From Candidatus Iainarchaeum sp. (GTDB lineage: Archaea > Iainarchaeota > Iainarchaeia > Iainarchaeales > CSSED10-239): a stretch of DNA of 32,000 nt. The position numbers were made by a program, and so were the translations under genes. How positions within the stretch are numbered: position 1 is the first letter of the stretch; each line of letters opens with the position of its first letter. The DNA is taken from contig JAQVTI010000002.1 of NCBI GenBank assembly GCA_028700115.1, forward strand, positions 1-32,000. The letters run 5' to 3'. The notes below the pieces were generated by a model. The model made no database searches. It was not told the DNA's origin and saw only the letters and a list, made by a program, of their open reading frames with translations. Below, piece by piece: positions 13,750-22,585 of the stretch.

Positions 13750-14051
13750 TGAAAGATATAAGTTCTGTTAGTCATCTTTCAAATGAGATTTTTGATTTAA
13801 ATTCTATTTCAAAAGAATCTCAACAAATAAAAATTACAATTGAAAGAAAAAAATTTAAAAAATTTGCAACATTAATTTCTGGGTTTTCAAAAACTTCAGA
13901 AGCAAAAGATGTTGAAAAATATTTAAAAAAAAAGCTTGCTTGTGGTGGTACAACAAAGAATAATGTTGTTGAAATTCAAGGTAATCAAAAAGATAAAGTT
14001 AAGCTTTTATTAATTGAAAAAGGTTATCAAGAGGAATTAATTGATGCTTAA
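13749..14051 (+). CDS. sui1: Translation initiation factor aSUI1 (eIF1 homolog)
   Basis: Contains ITIERKKFKKFATLISGF and LKKKLACGGTTKNNVVEIQGNQKDKVKLLLIEKGY. The start overlaps the L29 stop (TAATG). Confidence 0.88.
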   Translation: MKDISSVSHLSNEIFDLNSISKESQQIKITIERKKFKKFATLISGFSKTSEAKDVEKYLKKKLACGGTTKNNVVEIQGNQKDKVKLLLIEKGYQEELIDA

Positions 14052-14232
14052 TTTAAAAGATATTGAAATGATTGGAAAAAGTTATAAAATAGAAAATGCT
14101 TCAGATCCTTCAAAAATTGGGTTTATTGGAAGAGTAATTTTTATAACTAATGATGAAATTGTATTTGATGATTCTCAAAAAATTTTTAAAATTAAAAAAA
14201 ATGAAATTATTAAATTAAAAAAAATTATGTGA
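14044..14232 (+). CDS. rnp1: Probable RNase P protein component 1 (Rpp29/Pop4-like), miniaturised
   Basis: It occupies the conserved slot between L29/SUI1 and S17. MIGKSYKIENASDPSKIGFIGRVIFITNDEIVF fits the Sm-like Rpp29 core (LiG..v.V..S.n.s.iG..G.Vv.eT.n...i). It is only 62 aa. Confidence 0.55.
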   Translation: MLNLKDIEMIGKSYKIENASDPSKIGFIGRVIFITNDEIVFDDSQKIFKIKKNEIIKLKKIM

Positions 14233-14237
14233 TTTTT

Positions 14238-14519
14238 ATGGTAAATAATAAACAAACAAATAATTTAAGTGTTAGAGGAAAAATGGTAGAGGGAAAAGTT
14301 ATTAGAATGAAGTCTAAAAAAACTGCTCAAATTGAAATCTCTAGAACTAAATTTATCCCAAAATATGAAAGATATTTATTTGAAAAAAGTAAATTTGCTG
14401 CACATGTTCCTGATGGATTAGAAATTTCTGTAGGGGATAATGTTTTATGTGGTGAAACTAGAAAAATAAGTAAAACTAAATCCATGATTGTTATTAAAAA
14501 ACAAGATATTAAAAATTAA
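14238..14519 (+). CDS. rps17: 30S ribosomal protein S17 (uS17)
   Basis: Contains GKVIRMKSKKTAQIEISRTKFIPKYERY and VGDNVLCGETRKISKTKS. The ORF-track GTG at 14229 lies inside the SD-like atgtga, so the ATG at 14238 is preferred. Confidence 0.9.
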   Translation: MVNNKQTNNLSVRGKMVEGKVIRMKSKKTAQIEISRTKFIPKYERYLFEKSKFAAHVPDGLEISVGDNVLCGETRKISKTKSMIVIKKQDIKN

Positions 14520-14542
14520 TTTTTTAAAAAAGGTGTATAAGT

Positions 14543-14941
14543 ATGAAACAAATAAGTGCAAATGTTACAAGAGGGCTTTGTACAAAGTCTCAATGTGTGT
14601 GTACAGATAATAGTGGTGCAAAAATTGTTGAAATTATTTCTGTTTATAAATTTAAAAATAGAAAAACACAATTTCCTTCTGCAGGAATAGGATCTCTTGT
14701 AAATGTTGTTGTTAAAAAAGGTACCCCTAATATGAAAAAAAAAATTGAAAAAGCAGTAATTGTTAGAGTAAAAAAAGAATATAGAAGAAAAAATGGTAAA
14801 AGAATTTGTTTTGAAGATAATGCTGTTGTTTTAACAGATTTAAAAGGATTTCCAAAAGCATCTGAAGTTAAAGGATGTGTTGCTAAAGAAGTTGGTGAAA
14901 GATATCCAAAGATAGCAGGGCTTTCTTCTGCTGTTATATAA
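14543..14941 (+). CDS. rpl14: 50S ribosomal protein L14 (uL14)
   Basis: Contains CTDNSGAKIVEIISV and FEDNAVVL. Confidence 0.95.
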   Translation: MKQISANVTRGLCTKSQCVCTDNSGAKIVEIISVYKFKNRKTQFPSAGIGSLVNVVVKKGTPNMKKKIEKAVIVRVKKEYRRKNGKRICFEDNAVVLTDLKGFPKASEVKGCVAKEVGERYPKIAGLSSAVI

Positions 14942-14977
14942 ATTTATTTTTAAAAAAATTATAAAGAATGATTGTTA

Positions 14978-15340
14978 ATGAATACTAAAACTAAAAACCC
15001 AGGAAAACAAAGAAAATTGTTTTTTAAGGCCCCACTTCATCTTAAAAGAAAGCAAGTTGTTGCTCCAATTGATAAAAAGAAAGCTTTAGAAATTGGAAAA
15101 AAAGCTTTACCTATAAGAAAAGGTGATACTGTAAAAGTACTTGTTGGAAAATATAAGGGTAAAAGTGGAAAAGTTGAAAAAGTAAGTTATATTAAATCTA
15201 AAGTTTATATAAAAGATTTAGTTTATAAAAATTTAAAAGGTCAAGAAAAATTTGTTCCTTTTACACCATCTAATTTAGTTATTTTAGATGTAGTTTTAAG
15301 TGATTCTAAAAGATTTAAAAAATCACCAAAGGTGAAATAG
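14978..15340 (+). CDS. rpl24: 50S ribosomal protein L24 (uL24)
   Basis: Has the KOW motif IRKGDTVKVLVGKYKGKSGKVEKV. The ATG at 14978 is preferred over the TTG at 14972. Confidence 0.92.
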   Translation: MNTKTKNPGKQRKLFFKAPLHLKRKQVVAPIDKKKALEIGKKALPIRKGDTVKVLVGKYKGKSGKVEKVSYIKSKVYIKDLVYKNLKGQEKFVPFTPSNLVILDVVLSDSKRFKKSPKVK

Positions 15341-15341
15341 T

Positions 15342-16031
15342 ATGGCAAATAAAGGCGAAACTAAATGTTTAAAAATAAGTAGTGTTAGAGTTGTTTCTGG
15401 GCTTGATAAAACAAAAAGATTTATATATAAACAAAATCCAGGAAAACATACATCTAATACTTCATTAAGTGTAGGTTATATTTTAAAAGATATCTTACAT
15501 CTTGCAGATAATACTAGAGAAGTAAAATATATTATAAAAAATAGAGAAATTTATATTGATAAAAAGAAAGTTAAAGATCATAGATTCCCTGTTGGATTAT
15601 ATGATATTTTTGAAATTCCTAAATTAAATAAATTTTATAGAATTTATTATAAATTAAATGGTTCTTTATCTTTAAAAGAAATCACTAAAGAAGAAGCAAC
15701 TTTTAAAATTTGTAAAATTAAATCTAAAAAGATTTTAGGAAAAGAAAAAGTTCAATTAACTACAAATGATGGTAGAACAATAATTACTACAAATATTGCT
15801 TATAAACCAAAGGCTTCTATAAAATTAGATTTAGAAGAAAATGTTATAAAAGAATATTTTCCTTTAGAAAAAGGAAGAGAAGTTTTAGTTATTGGTGGAA
15901 AACATATTGGTCAAATTGCAAAAATTGAATCAATTAAGCCAAGTAATATGCAAAGACAAATGTTGATTCAATTAAAAGAAAGTGGAATTGACTTTGAAAC
16001 TACAGAAAAAAATATAGTTGTAATAAATTAA
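15342..16031 (+). CDS. rps4e: 30S ribosomal protein S4e (eS4)
   Basis: Contains REVKYIIKNREIYIDKKKVKDHRFPVGLYDIFEI and a KOW-like GGKHIGQIAKIESI. Synteny supports the call. Confidence 0.93.
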   Translation: MANKGETKCLKISSVRVVSGLDKTKRFIYKQNPGKHTSNTSLSVGYILKDILHLADNTREVKYIIKNREIYIDKKKVKDHRFPVGLYDIFEIPKLNKFYRIYYKLNGSLSLKEITKEEATFKICKIKSKKILGKEKVQLTTNDGRTIITTNIAYKPKASIKLDLEENVIKEYFPLEKGREVLVIGGKHIGQIAKIESIKPSNMQRQMLIQLKESGIDFETTEKNIVVIN

Positions 16032-16045
16032 TTAATGTGATTTTT

Positions 16046-16573
16046 ATGCCTGAAGAAAAATCAAAAAATAATCCAATGAAAGAAATTTATATTGATAAAG
16101 TTGTTGTAAACATAGGTGTTGGAGAAGGAGGTGCAGAATTAGAAAAATCTGCAAAAATTCTTGAACTTGTTACTAAAAAACATGTTGTTAAAACAATTTG
16201 TAAAGTTAAACTTCCAACTTGGGGAATTAGACCTGGGCTTCCTATTGGTTGTAAAACAACTCTTAGAGGAAAAGAAGCTATTGATTTTATAACACTTACA
16301 CTTAAAGCAAAAAGAAATAAATTAAAAGCAAAGTCTTTTACAAAAGAAGGTAATTTTTCATATGGTATTCATGAATATTTAGATGTTCCTGGTATTAAAT
16401 ATGATCCAGAACTTGGAATTAGAGGGTTTGATGTTTGTATAAATCTTAGAAGAAGAGGTTATAGAATTAAATTAAGAAAATATAATCAACAAAAATTAGG
16501 TAAAAAACAAATTGTTTCAAAAAATGAAGCAATTGATTTTATTAAACAAAAATTTGGGGTTGTGGTTGAATGA
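16046..16573 (+). CDS. rpl5: 50S ribosomal protein L5 (uL5)
   Basis: Contains KVVVNIGVGEGG, FSYGIHEYLDVPGIKYDPELGIRGFDV. The ATG at 16046 follows atgtga. Confidence 0.94.
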   Translation: MPEEKSKNNPMKEIYIDKVVVNIGVGEGGAELEKSAKILELVTKKHVVKTICKVKLPTWGIRPGLPIGCKTTLRGKEAIDFITLTLKAKRNKLKAKSFTKEGNFSYGIHEYLDVPGIKYDPELGIRGFDVCINLRRRGYRIKLRKYNQQKLGKKQIVSKNEAIDFIKQKFGVVVE

Positions 16574-16758
16574 CTACAAATAAAGAAAATAAAGGTGTGA
16601 CTAAAAAAATTAGTCCAACAAGTAAAGAAACTAAAAGAAGTAAAGCATGTAGATTTTGTGGATCTCATAGAGGAGTTATTACAAAATATAATTTATACAT
16701 CTGTAGAAGATGTTTTAATGATCATGCAGAAGAATTAGGTTTTAAAAAATATAATTAA
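16570..16758 (+). CDS. rps14: 30S ribosomal protein S14 type Z (uS14, zinc-binding)
   Basis: Contains CRFCGSHRGVITKYNLYICRRCF. The start overlaps the L5 stop (ATGA). Confidence 0.93.
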   Translation: MTTNKENKGVTKKISPTSKETKRSKACRFCGSHRGVITKYNLYICRRCFNDHAEELGFKKYN

Positions 16759-16781
16759 ATAATTAGCATTTGGGTGAGTCG

Positions 16782-17171
16782 ATGAGTTTAAATGATCCTA
16801 TAGCGGATGCATTAAATAATTTAAATAATGCAGAAAATGTTGCAAAAAGTAATTGCGTTCTAAACTATTCAAAGTTATTAATATCTATTTTGGATGTTTT
16901 AAAAAATGAAGGATATATTAATAATTATAAAATTATTGATAGTAGACCTCATAAAAAAATAGAAGTTAATCTCGGTGGGAAAATAAATAAATGTAAAGCA
17001 ATAAAACCTAGATTTGCTGTAAAAAATAATGATTTTGAAAAGTTTGAAAAGTCTTATTTAATATCTAGAGATGTTGGTCTATTAGTAGTAAGTACTACAA
17101 ATGGTTTAATGACTCATAAAGATGCAAAAAAGTTAGGTCTTGGTGGTAGATTACTTGCATATATTTATTAA
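16782..17171 (+). CDS. rps8: 30S ribosomal protein S8 (uS8)
   Basis: Contains MSLNDPIADALNNLNNAE, VVSTTNGLMTHKDAKKLGLGGRLLAYIY. The ATG follows gggtga. Confidence 0.94.
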   Translation: MSLNDPIADALNNLNNAENVAKSNCVLNYSKLLISILDVLKNEGYINNYKIIDSRPHKKIEVNLGGKINKCKAIKPRFAVKNNDFEKFEKSYLISRDVGLLVVSTTNGLMTHKDAKKLGLGGRLLAYIY

Positions 17172-17201
17172 ATAGTTTATAAAAATTTAATGTTGATCTT
17201 T

Positions 17202-17753
17202 ATGACTGAAGAAAAAAAAATTAAAGAAATTAAAAAAAATATTATAGATGTTTCTAAAGATATTTCTATAAAAATAGAAAAAAATATAATTATTTTAGAA
17301 AAAGCAGGTGTTTCTCAAGAAATTGTTTTTAATCCTGTTTATATATATATAGATGTCTTAGATAATCAAATAATAATTACCCCTAGAAATAAAAAAAGGA
17401 AGTTTGTGTCTGTATCAAATACTATTAAAAAAATTATTATGAATGCAATTAATGGTTTTGATAAAGAATATGTTTATACTTTATCAATAGTTTATTCTCA
17501 CTTTCCAATAACAGTTAAAGTAGATGGGACAAATATAATAATCTCAAATTTTTTAGGAGAAAAAAAACCTAGAAAAACAAAAATTGCCCCAGGTTGTGTA
17601 GTTCAAGTTAATGGTAAGGAGATTATTGTTAAAGGTAAAAATAAATATGCAGTTGGACAAACTGCAGGTAGTCTAGAATCTACTGCAAGAGTAATTGGTA
17701 GAGATTATAGAGTTTTTGATGATGGTATTTATATTACTGGTAAAAATATATAG
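17202..17753 (+). CDS. rpl6: 50S ribosomal protein L6 (uL6)
   Basis: Lies after S8 and contains YSHFPITVKVDGTNIIISNFLGEKKPR. The ORF also has an ATG at 17190. I prefer 17202 by analogy with the motif spacing, but this is uncertain. Confidence 0.9.
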   Translation: MTEEKKIKEIKKNIIDVSKDISIKIEKNIIILEKAGVSQEIVFNPVYIYIDVLDNQIIITPRNKKRKFVSVSNTIKKIIMNAINGFDKEYVYTLSIVYSHFPITVKVDGTNIIISNFLGEKKPRKTKIAPGCVVQVNGKEIIVKGKNKYAVGQTAGSLESTARVIGRDYRVFDDGIYITGKNI

Positions 17754-17776
17754 ATTTAATTATAATGTGAATAATT

Positions 17777-18118
17777 ATGAGTAAAGATACACCAAATTTT
17801 AGAGGGCATTTTCCTCTTACAACTAGAAGAAGAAAAAAAAGAAGAGATGTTACTAAATGGAGAAGACCTAGAGGAATTGATAGTACACTTGCAACTCCAA
17901 GAGGACCTATTCCTAAAGTAGGATATGGTCATAAAAACGAAGATAAATATAAACATCCTTCTAATTTAAAAGAAGTTTTAGTTTGTTCTATGACTGATTT
18001 TGATAATATCTTTTTAGAAGAACCTGTAGCTATTAGATTTTCATCTACTTTAGGTAAAAAGAAAAAAGAAGATATTAGAAAATTAGCAATGGAAAAAAAT
18101 ATTAAAGTTTTAAATTAA
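17777..18118 (+). CDS. rpl32e: 50S ribosomal protein L32e (eL32)
   Basis: Contains WRRPRGIDS, GYGHKNEDKYKHPSN. Confidence 0.92.
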   Translation: MSKDTPNFRGHFPLTTRRRKKRRDVTKWRRPRGIDSTLATPRGPIPKVGYGHKNEDKYKHPSNLKEVLVCSMTDFDNIFLEEPVAIRFSSTLGKKKKEDIRKLAMEKNIKVLN

Positions 18119-18130
18119 AATGTGACTTTT

Positions 18131-18580
18131 ATGAAATTAAATAAAATTAAAGAAACTGCTGGTAAGATTCTAAAAAAAGGAAAACATAAGTTAGTTATCA
18201 ATTTAGAAAAATTTGAAGAAAATAAAAAACAAGTTACTGATGCAATTACAAGAAGTGATGTTAAAGATATTATTTCAAAAGGAATTATAGATATTAAAAA
18301 AAATACAGGACAATCAAGAGGAAGAGCAAGAGATCTTTTAGAAAAAAAGAAACTTAAAAGGAAAAAAGGTCCTGGAAAAAAAAAGGGTACTTTGAAAGCA
18401 AGACAAAAAGATAATGTTTATAATTTGAAAGTTAGAGGTCTTAGAAAAAGATTAAAAGAGTTAAAAAAAGAAGATAAATTAAATGATAAAAATTATAAAA
18501 AATTATATTTAATGATTAAAGGTAATTATTTTAGAGGAAAAAAACATTTAGAAGAATATATTAATGGTGAAAATAAATGA
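18131..18580 (+). CDS. rpl19e: 50S ribosomal protein L19e (eL19)
   Basis: The basic helical protein contains QSRGRARDLLEKKKLKRKKGPGKKKGT. Synteny supports the call. The ATG follows atgtga. Confidence 0.92.
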   Translation: MKLNKIKETAGKILKKGKHKLVINLEKFEENKKQVTDAITRSDVKDIISKGIIDIKKNTGQSRGRARDLLEKKKLKRKKGPGKKKGTLKARQKDNVYNLKVRGLRKRLKELKKEDKLNDKNYKKLYLMIKGNYFRGKKHLEEYINGENK

Positions 18581-19086
18581 AAAGCGGTCCTACTTATAAA
18601 GTTTCTTTTAAAAGAAAAAGAGAACAAAAAACTGATTATAAAAAGAGACTTGCATTTTTAAAGTCTGGGGAATATAGATTTATTACTAGAATTTCTAATA
18701 ATCTTGTAAGATGTCAAGTTATTTCTTATGAAGTTAATGGAGATAAAACAATTGTTTCTATTACATCTAATGATTTAAAAAAGTTAGGATGGAATTATAG
18801 TTTAAAAAGTACTCCTGCAATATATCTTACTGCATTATTACTTGCAAAAAAATTAAAAGAAAAAAATATTACAAAAGTTATTTTTGATACTGGTCTTAGA
18901 AATTATAAATCTAAGTCTAAAATATATGCTGCATTAAAAGCAATTGTAGATTTTGGTATAATTTGTCCTCATGATCCAAAGGCTTTTCCAAATGATGATA
19001 GAATAAATGGTTTGCATATAGATAATTTTTTAAAAAATAATATTTCTAAAAAGTTTGAAGAAATTAAAAATAGTTTATTAAAATAA
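18577..19086 (+). CDS. rpl18: 50S ribosomal protein L18 (uL18)
   Basis: Contains YKVSFKRKREQKTDYKKRLAFLKS. The start overlaps the L19e stop (ATGA). Confidence 0.93.
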   Translation: MKSGPTYKVSFKRKREQKTDYKKRLAFLKSGEYRFITRISNNLVRCQVISYEVNGDKTIVSITSNDLKKLGWNYSLKSTPAIYLTALLLAKKLKEKNITKVIFDTGLRNYKSKSKIYAALKAIVDFGIICPHDPKAFPNDDRINGLHIDNFLKNNISKKFEEIKNSLLK

Positions 19087-19102
19087 AATTAATGTGAAAA
19101 TT

Positions 19103-19792
19103 ATGCCTGTTGAAAGAAAAGATTCAAAAATAAAAAGAAGAAGTCCAAAAGAAAGATCTTTAAATCCAGAATTTGATAGAGATTCTTGGGTTCCAAAAAC
19201 AAATCTTGGTAGAAAAGTGAAATCTGGAGAAATTAGTTCTTTAGATGAAGCTTTTAAGTTTGGGGTTATTATGGAACCACAAATTGTTGATTTTTTAATT
19301 CCTGATATTAAAATAAAAGTAATTGATGTTAAAAAAACAACTAGAGTTACTAGAGCTGGGAGACATTTTTCTTTTAGAGTTTCTGCAATTGTAGGAGATG
19401 GAAATGGGCATGTAGGTATTGGTACTGGTAAAAATTTAGAAAGATTTACAGCACAAGAAAAAGCAATTCAAAATGCAAAATTAAAAATGGTTTCTGTTAA
19501 AAGTGGTTCAGGTAGTTGGGAAAGTAATACTTTTGATGATAATTCTATTCCTTTTAGAACTGTTGGGAAATGTTCTTCTTTAAGAGTTGAACTTTTACCA
19601 GCCCCAAAAGGAGTTGGTCTTGCAGTAAGTGATACTATTAAACCTGTTTTTGAACTTGTAGGAATTTCTAATATTTGGTCAAAAACAAGAGGTGCAACAG
19701 ATACAAAGTTAAATTTTGTAAAAGCTGCAATTGATGCTTTATCAAATTTAAATAAAATAAAAAGTTTAAATAAAAAAGAAGATGTTGAATAA
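19103..19792 (+). CDS. rps5: 30S ribosomal protein S5 (uS5)
   Basis: Contains VIDVKKTTRVTRAGRHFSFRVSAIVGDGNGHVGIGTGK and LLPAPKGVGLAVSD. Confidence 0.94.
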   Translation: MPVERKDSKIKRRSPKERSLNPEFDRDSWVPKTNLGRKVKSGEISSLDEAFKFGVIMEPQIVDFLIPDIKIKVIDVKKTTRVTRAGRHFSFRVSAIVGDGNGHVGIGTGKNLERFTAQEKAIQNAKLKMVSVKSGSGSWESNTFDDNSIPFRTVGKCSSLRVELLPAPKGVGLAVSDTIKPVFELVGISNIWSKTRGATDTKLNFVKAAIDALSNLNKIKSLNKKEDVE

Positions 19793-19816
19793 ATTTATTT
19801 TTAAATGTGAATTGAT

Positions 19817-20272
19817 ATGTTTGTAATACTTAGAGTTAGAGGAAAAATTGGGGTTAGAGAAAACATAGAACGATCTATGGAGTTATTAAATCTAACTAGA
19901 GTTAATCATTGTGTTTTATATAATGATAATCCTAAAATTAAAGGAATGCTTAAAAAAGCAAAAGATTATATTACTTGGGGAGAAATTTCAAAGGATGTTT
20001 TAATTAAACTTTTAAAAAAAAGAGGGAAAGTTTATACAAAAGAAGGGAAATTAATTAAAATTTCTGAGCAAGAAAAAGATTTTGAAAAACTTGCAGAAGA
20101 TATTCTTTCTTCTAAGAAAAATATTAAAGAGTTAAATATTAAACCAGTTTTTAGATTAAAACCTCCTTCTAAAGGTTATGATAAAAAAGGTATTAAAAAA
20201 ACTTTTAAAGAAGGCGGAGTTTTAGGATATAGAGGAGAAAATATTAATTCTCTTTTAAGAAGAATGATTTAG
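19817..20272 (+). CDS. rpl30: 50S ribosomal protein L30 (uL30)
   Basis: Contains FVILRVRGKIGVRENIERSMELLNLTRVNHCVL. Confidence 0.92.
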   Translation: MFVILRVRGKIGVRENIERSMELLNLTRVNHCVLYNDNPKIKGMLKKAKDYITWGEISKDVLIKLLKKRGKVYTKEGKLIKISEQEKDFEKLAEDILSSKKNIKELNIKPVFRLKPPSKGYDKKGIKKTFKEGGVLGYRGENINSLLRRMI

Positions 20273-20285
20273 AAAGGTAATTTTT

Positions 20286-20654
20286 ATGAGTAAATCAAAA
20301 ACAGATAGATTAAGAGGAAAAAGAACTTTTGGGAAAGGAAATACAAAAAATAATAGAGGAGGCGGTTCTACTGGTGGTAGAGGTAGAGGTGGTTCTTTTA
20401 AACATAAGTTTGGTAAATTTTCTTCAACAATAGGAATTAAAGTAACTCTAAAACCTAAAAATAAATTAAAAACTATAACTTTAAAAGATTTAAGTTTATT
20501 AATAAAAGATTCTAAAGAAATTAATTTAAAAAATTTAGGATACGATAAAGTTTTAGGAACTGGGAATATTAATAAATCAGTTGTTATTAAGAATGCTAAA
20601 TTTACAGAAACAGCAAAAGCAAAGATTGAAGCAGCTGGAGGGAAGTTTGAATGA
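20286..20654 (+). CDS. rpl15: 50S ribosomal protein L15 (uL15)
   Basis: Contains GKRTFGKGNTKNNRGGGSTGGRGRGG and LGYDKVLGTG. Confidence 0.92.
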   Translation: MSKSKTDRLRGKRTFGKGNTKNNRGGGSTGGRGRGGSFKHKFGKFSSTIGIKVTLKPKNKLKTITLKDLSLLIKDSKEINLKNLGYDKVLGTGNINKSVVIKNAKFTETAKAKIEAAGGKFE

Positions 20655-21985
20655 GTTTCATTAATTTGATGCAAAAAATTTTGCCATCTGTAAAAGATCC
20701 AATAAAAGTACCAAATCTTAAAAAAAAATTAATTTGGACTGGTTTGGTTTTAGCTGTATTTTTTATATTAGGTAATATAGAAATTATAGGTGTTGCCCCA
20801 GAAGCACTTTTACAACTAGAATATCTTCAATTAGTTATGGCTAGTCAATTAGGAACTCTTATTACTTTGGGAATTGGGCCCATAGTTTTAGCATCCATTA
20901 TTTTACAATTATTAGTTGGGGTTAAAATTTTTAATTTAGATTTTTCAAATCCCCAAGATAGAGCTAAATTTGGAATTTGGCAAAAAGTTTTAGCAATAAT
21001 TTTAGCTTTTGTAGAAGCAATTGTTTCTGTAAAAGTAGGTATGCTTGTTCCTCTTCCAGGAATGACAATGCTTGTTATTTTACAAGCTGCATTAGGTACA
21101 ATAGTTTTATTGTATTTAGATGAAGTAGTTTCAAAATATGGAATTGGTTCAGGAATAGGTCTTTTCATTGCTGCAGGAGTTTCCCAAACAATTCTTTGGA
21201 GAATTTTTATGTTTCCTGCAATTGCAAATGGTCAGGTAGGGTTAATAGGGATTGCAATTAATGCTATTAAAACAGGTGCATTAACTACTCTTTTATTAAG
21301 TGTTATTATTCCTATTTTAGTAACTTTAGTTGTATTTTTTGTAATTGTTTATGTTGAAGGAATGCATGTTAATATTCCATTAACTGTTGGACGTAGTGGT
21401 ATGGGTGCAAAATATCCTGTTAAACTTTTATATGTTTCAAATATGCCAGTTATTTTAGCATCTACTCTTTTTGCAAATGTACAGTTATTTGTAAATCTTG
21501 CAAAAGATACTGCTCTTGAAAATTTAGTTTTTAAAATATCTGAGTTTTTAACCCCACAATATGATTTAATTTCCAAAACAATTTTAGGAAGTGTTACAGG
21601 TAATGCTTGGCTTCAAGCTTTTGGATATATGATTGTTTTTGTTTTAGTTTGTGTTATTTTTGGAAAATTTTGGGTTCAAGTTGGGGGGCAAAATTCAGAA
21701 TCTGTTGCAAAACAATTACAATCTTCTGGGATGTCAATTCCTGGTTTTAGAAGAGATCAAAGAGTTTTAACAACAGTTTTAAAAAGATATATCCCAACAA
21801 TTACAATTTTAGGTTCCATTTTTGTTGGTCTTTTAGCATTTTTTTCAGATCTTACTGGTGCAATTGGTTCAGGAATTGGAATTTTATTAACTGTCGGAAT
21901 TATTTATAGATTTTATGAACAAATGGCAAAAGATCAAATGTTTGAATCTAGTGCTCTTGTAAAACAATTAATGGGTAAAAAATAG
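20651..21985 (+). CDS. secY: Preprotein translocase subunit SecY
   Basis: The 444-aa protein has about 10 TM segments. It contains TLGIGPIVLASIILQLL and YGIGSGIGLFIAAGV. It lies in the conserved position after L15. Confidence 0.95.
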   Translation: MSFINLMQKILPSVKDPIKVPNLKKKLIWTGLVLAVFFILGNIEIIGVAPEALLQLEYLQLVMASQLGTLITLGIGPIVLASIILQLLVGVKIFNLDFSNPQDRAKFGIWQKVLAIILAFVEAIVSVKVGMLVPLPGMTMLVILQAALGTIVLLYLDEVVSKYGIGSGIGLFIAAGVSQTILWRIFMFPAIANGQVGLIGIAINAIKTGALTTLLLSVIIPILVTLVVFFVIVYVEGMHVNIPLTVGRSGMGAKYPVKLLYVSNMPVILASTLFANVQLFVNLAKDTALENLVFKISEFLTPQYDLISKTILGSVTGNAWLQAFGYMIVFVLVCVIFGKFWVQVGGQNSESVAKQLQSSGMSIPGFRRDQRVLTTVLKRYIPTITILGSIFVGLLAFFSDLTGAIGSGIGILLTVGIIYRFYEQMAKDQMFESSALVKQLMGKK

Positions 21986-21996
21986 TTTTTGTTTTT
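21986..21996 (+). terminator. Oligo-T tract after secY
   Basis: The sequence tttttgttttt lies immediately after the TAG stop, and further T runs follow up to 22020. Confidence 0.35.
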
Positions 21997-22075
21997 AATT
22001 ATTGTGTTTTTAATTTTTTTAAAAATTAAAAATTGGTTATTAAAAAATATTAAAATTTAAAAAAGGTAAGAATTA

Positions 22076-22528
22076 ATGTTTGAAGTTCCTGTTATAAGTT
22101 ATTGGGTTGATTTAATAATTATTGTTTTATTTTATGCTTTTGCATATAAATTTATTCAACATTTAACTGTAAATCCAAAAGAATATTTTAAATTTAAATA
22201 TGAAAGTAAAAAAATAAATGAAGAATTAAAAAAATTATCTAAAGAACAAAAATTAGATGAAATGAAAGCAAAACAAAAAGAATCTTTTAAGATGGTTGGA
22301 AAACAATTTAAAATGACTCAAAAATCTATGTTTGTTATGATGATTGTTGCTCTGCCTATTCTTTGGGTTATTAAAGAATATTATGGGAAAATAGTTTATG
22401 ATTTTATAATTTTTTCAGTAAATGGTTTGTGGGCTTATATTATTTTAGGTGTTATTGTATCTATGATAATTAATAATATTTATGATAAAAAATTAGGTAA
22501 AAAATATTATGCAGAATTTGAAAAATAG
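22076..22528 (+). CDS. DUF106-family membrane protein (archaeal YidC/Oxa1/EMC3-like insertase candidate)
   Basis: The architecture is TM1, a Lys-rich coiled coil (KKINEELKKLSKEQKLDEMKAKQKE), then TM2 and TM3. It occupies the conserved post-secY position held by the MJ0480-type DUF106 gene in other archaea. Confidence 0.6.
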   Translation: MFEVPVISYWVDLIIIVLFYAFAYKFIQHLTVNPKEYFKFKYESKKINEELKKLSKEQKLDEMKAKQKESFKMVGKQFKMTQKSMFVMMIVALPILWVIKEYYGKIVYDFIIFSVNGLWAYIILGVIVSMIINNIYDKKLGKKYYAEFEK

Positions 22529-22585
22529 TTTTTAAAAATAGTATATAAAAAAGGATTGTTATATAATATTTAAAAGGTGAAATAT

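Noticed and set aside
20255-20674. 139-aa minus-strand ORF antisense to L15. Similar antisense ORFs lie at 11217-11456, 16486-16668, 17756-17956, 20845-21168, 21349-21576, 26350-26613, 27268-27609, 29997-30182 and 30223-30501
   Set aside because: Each lies entirely inside a confidently identified plus-strand gene (L2, L5/S14, L32e, L15, SecY, L13/S9, S2, L7Ae/S28e, S28e/L24e). All are low-complexity F/I/S-rich mirror translations of K/E-rich genes.
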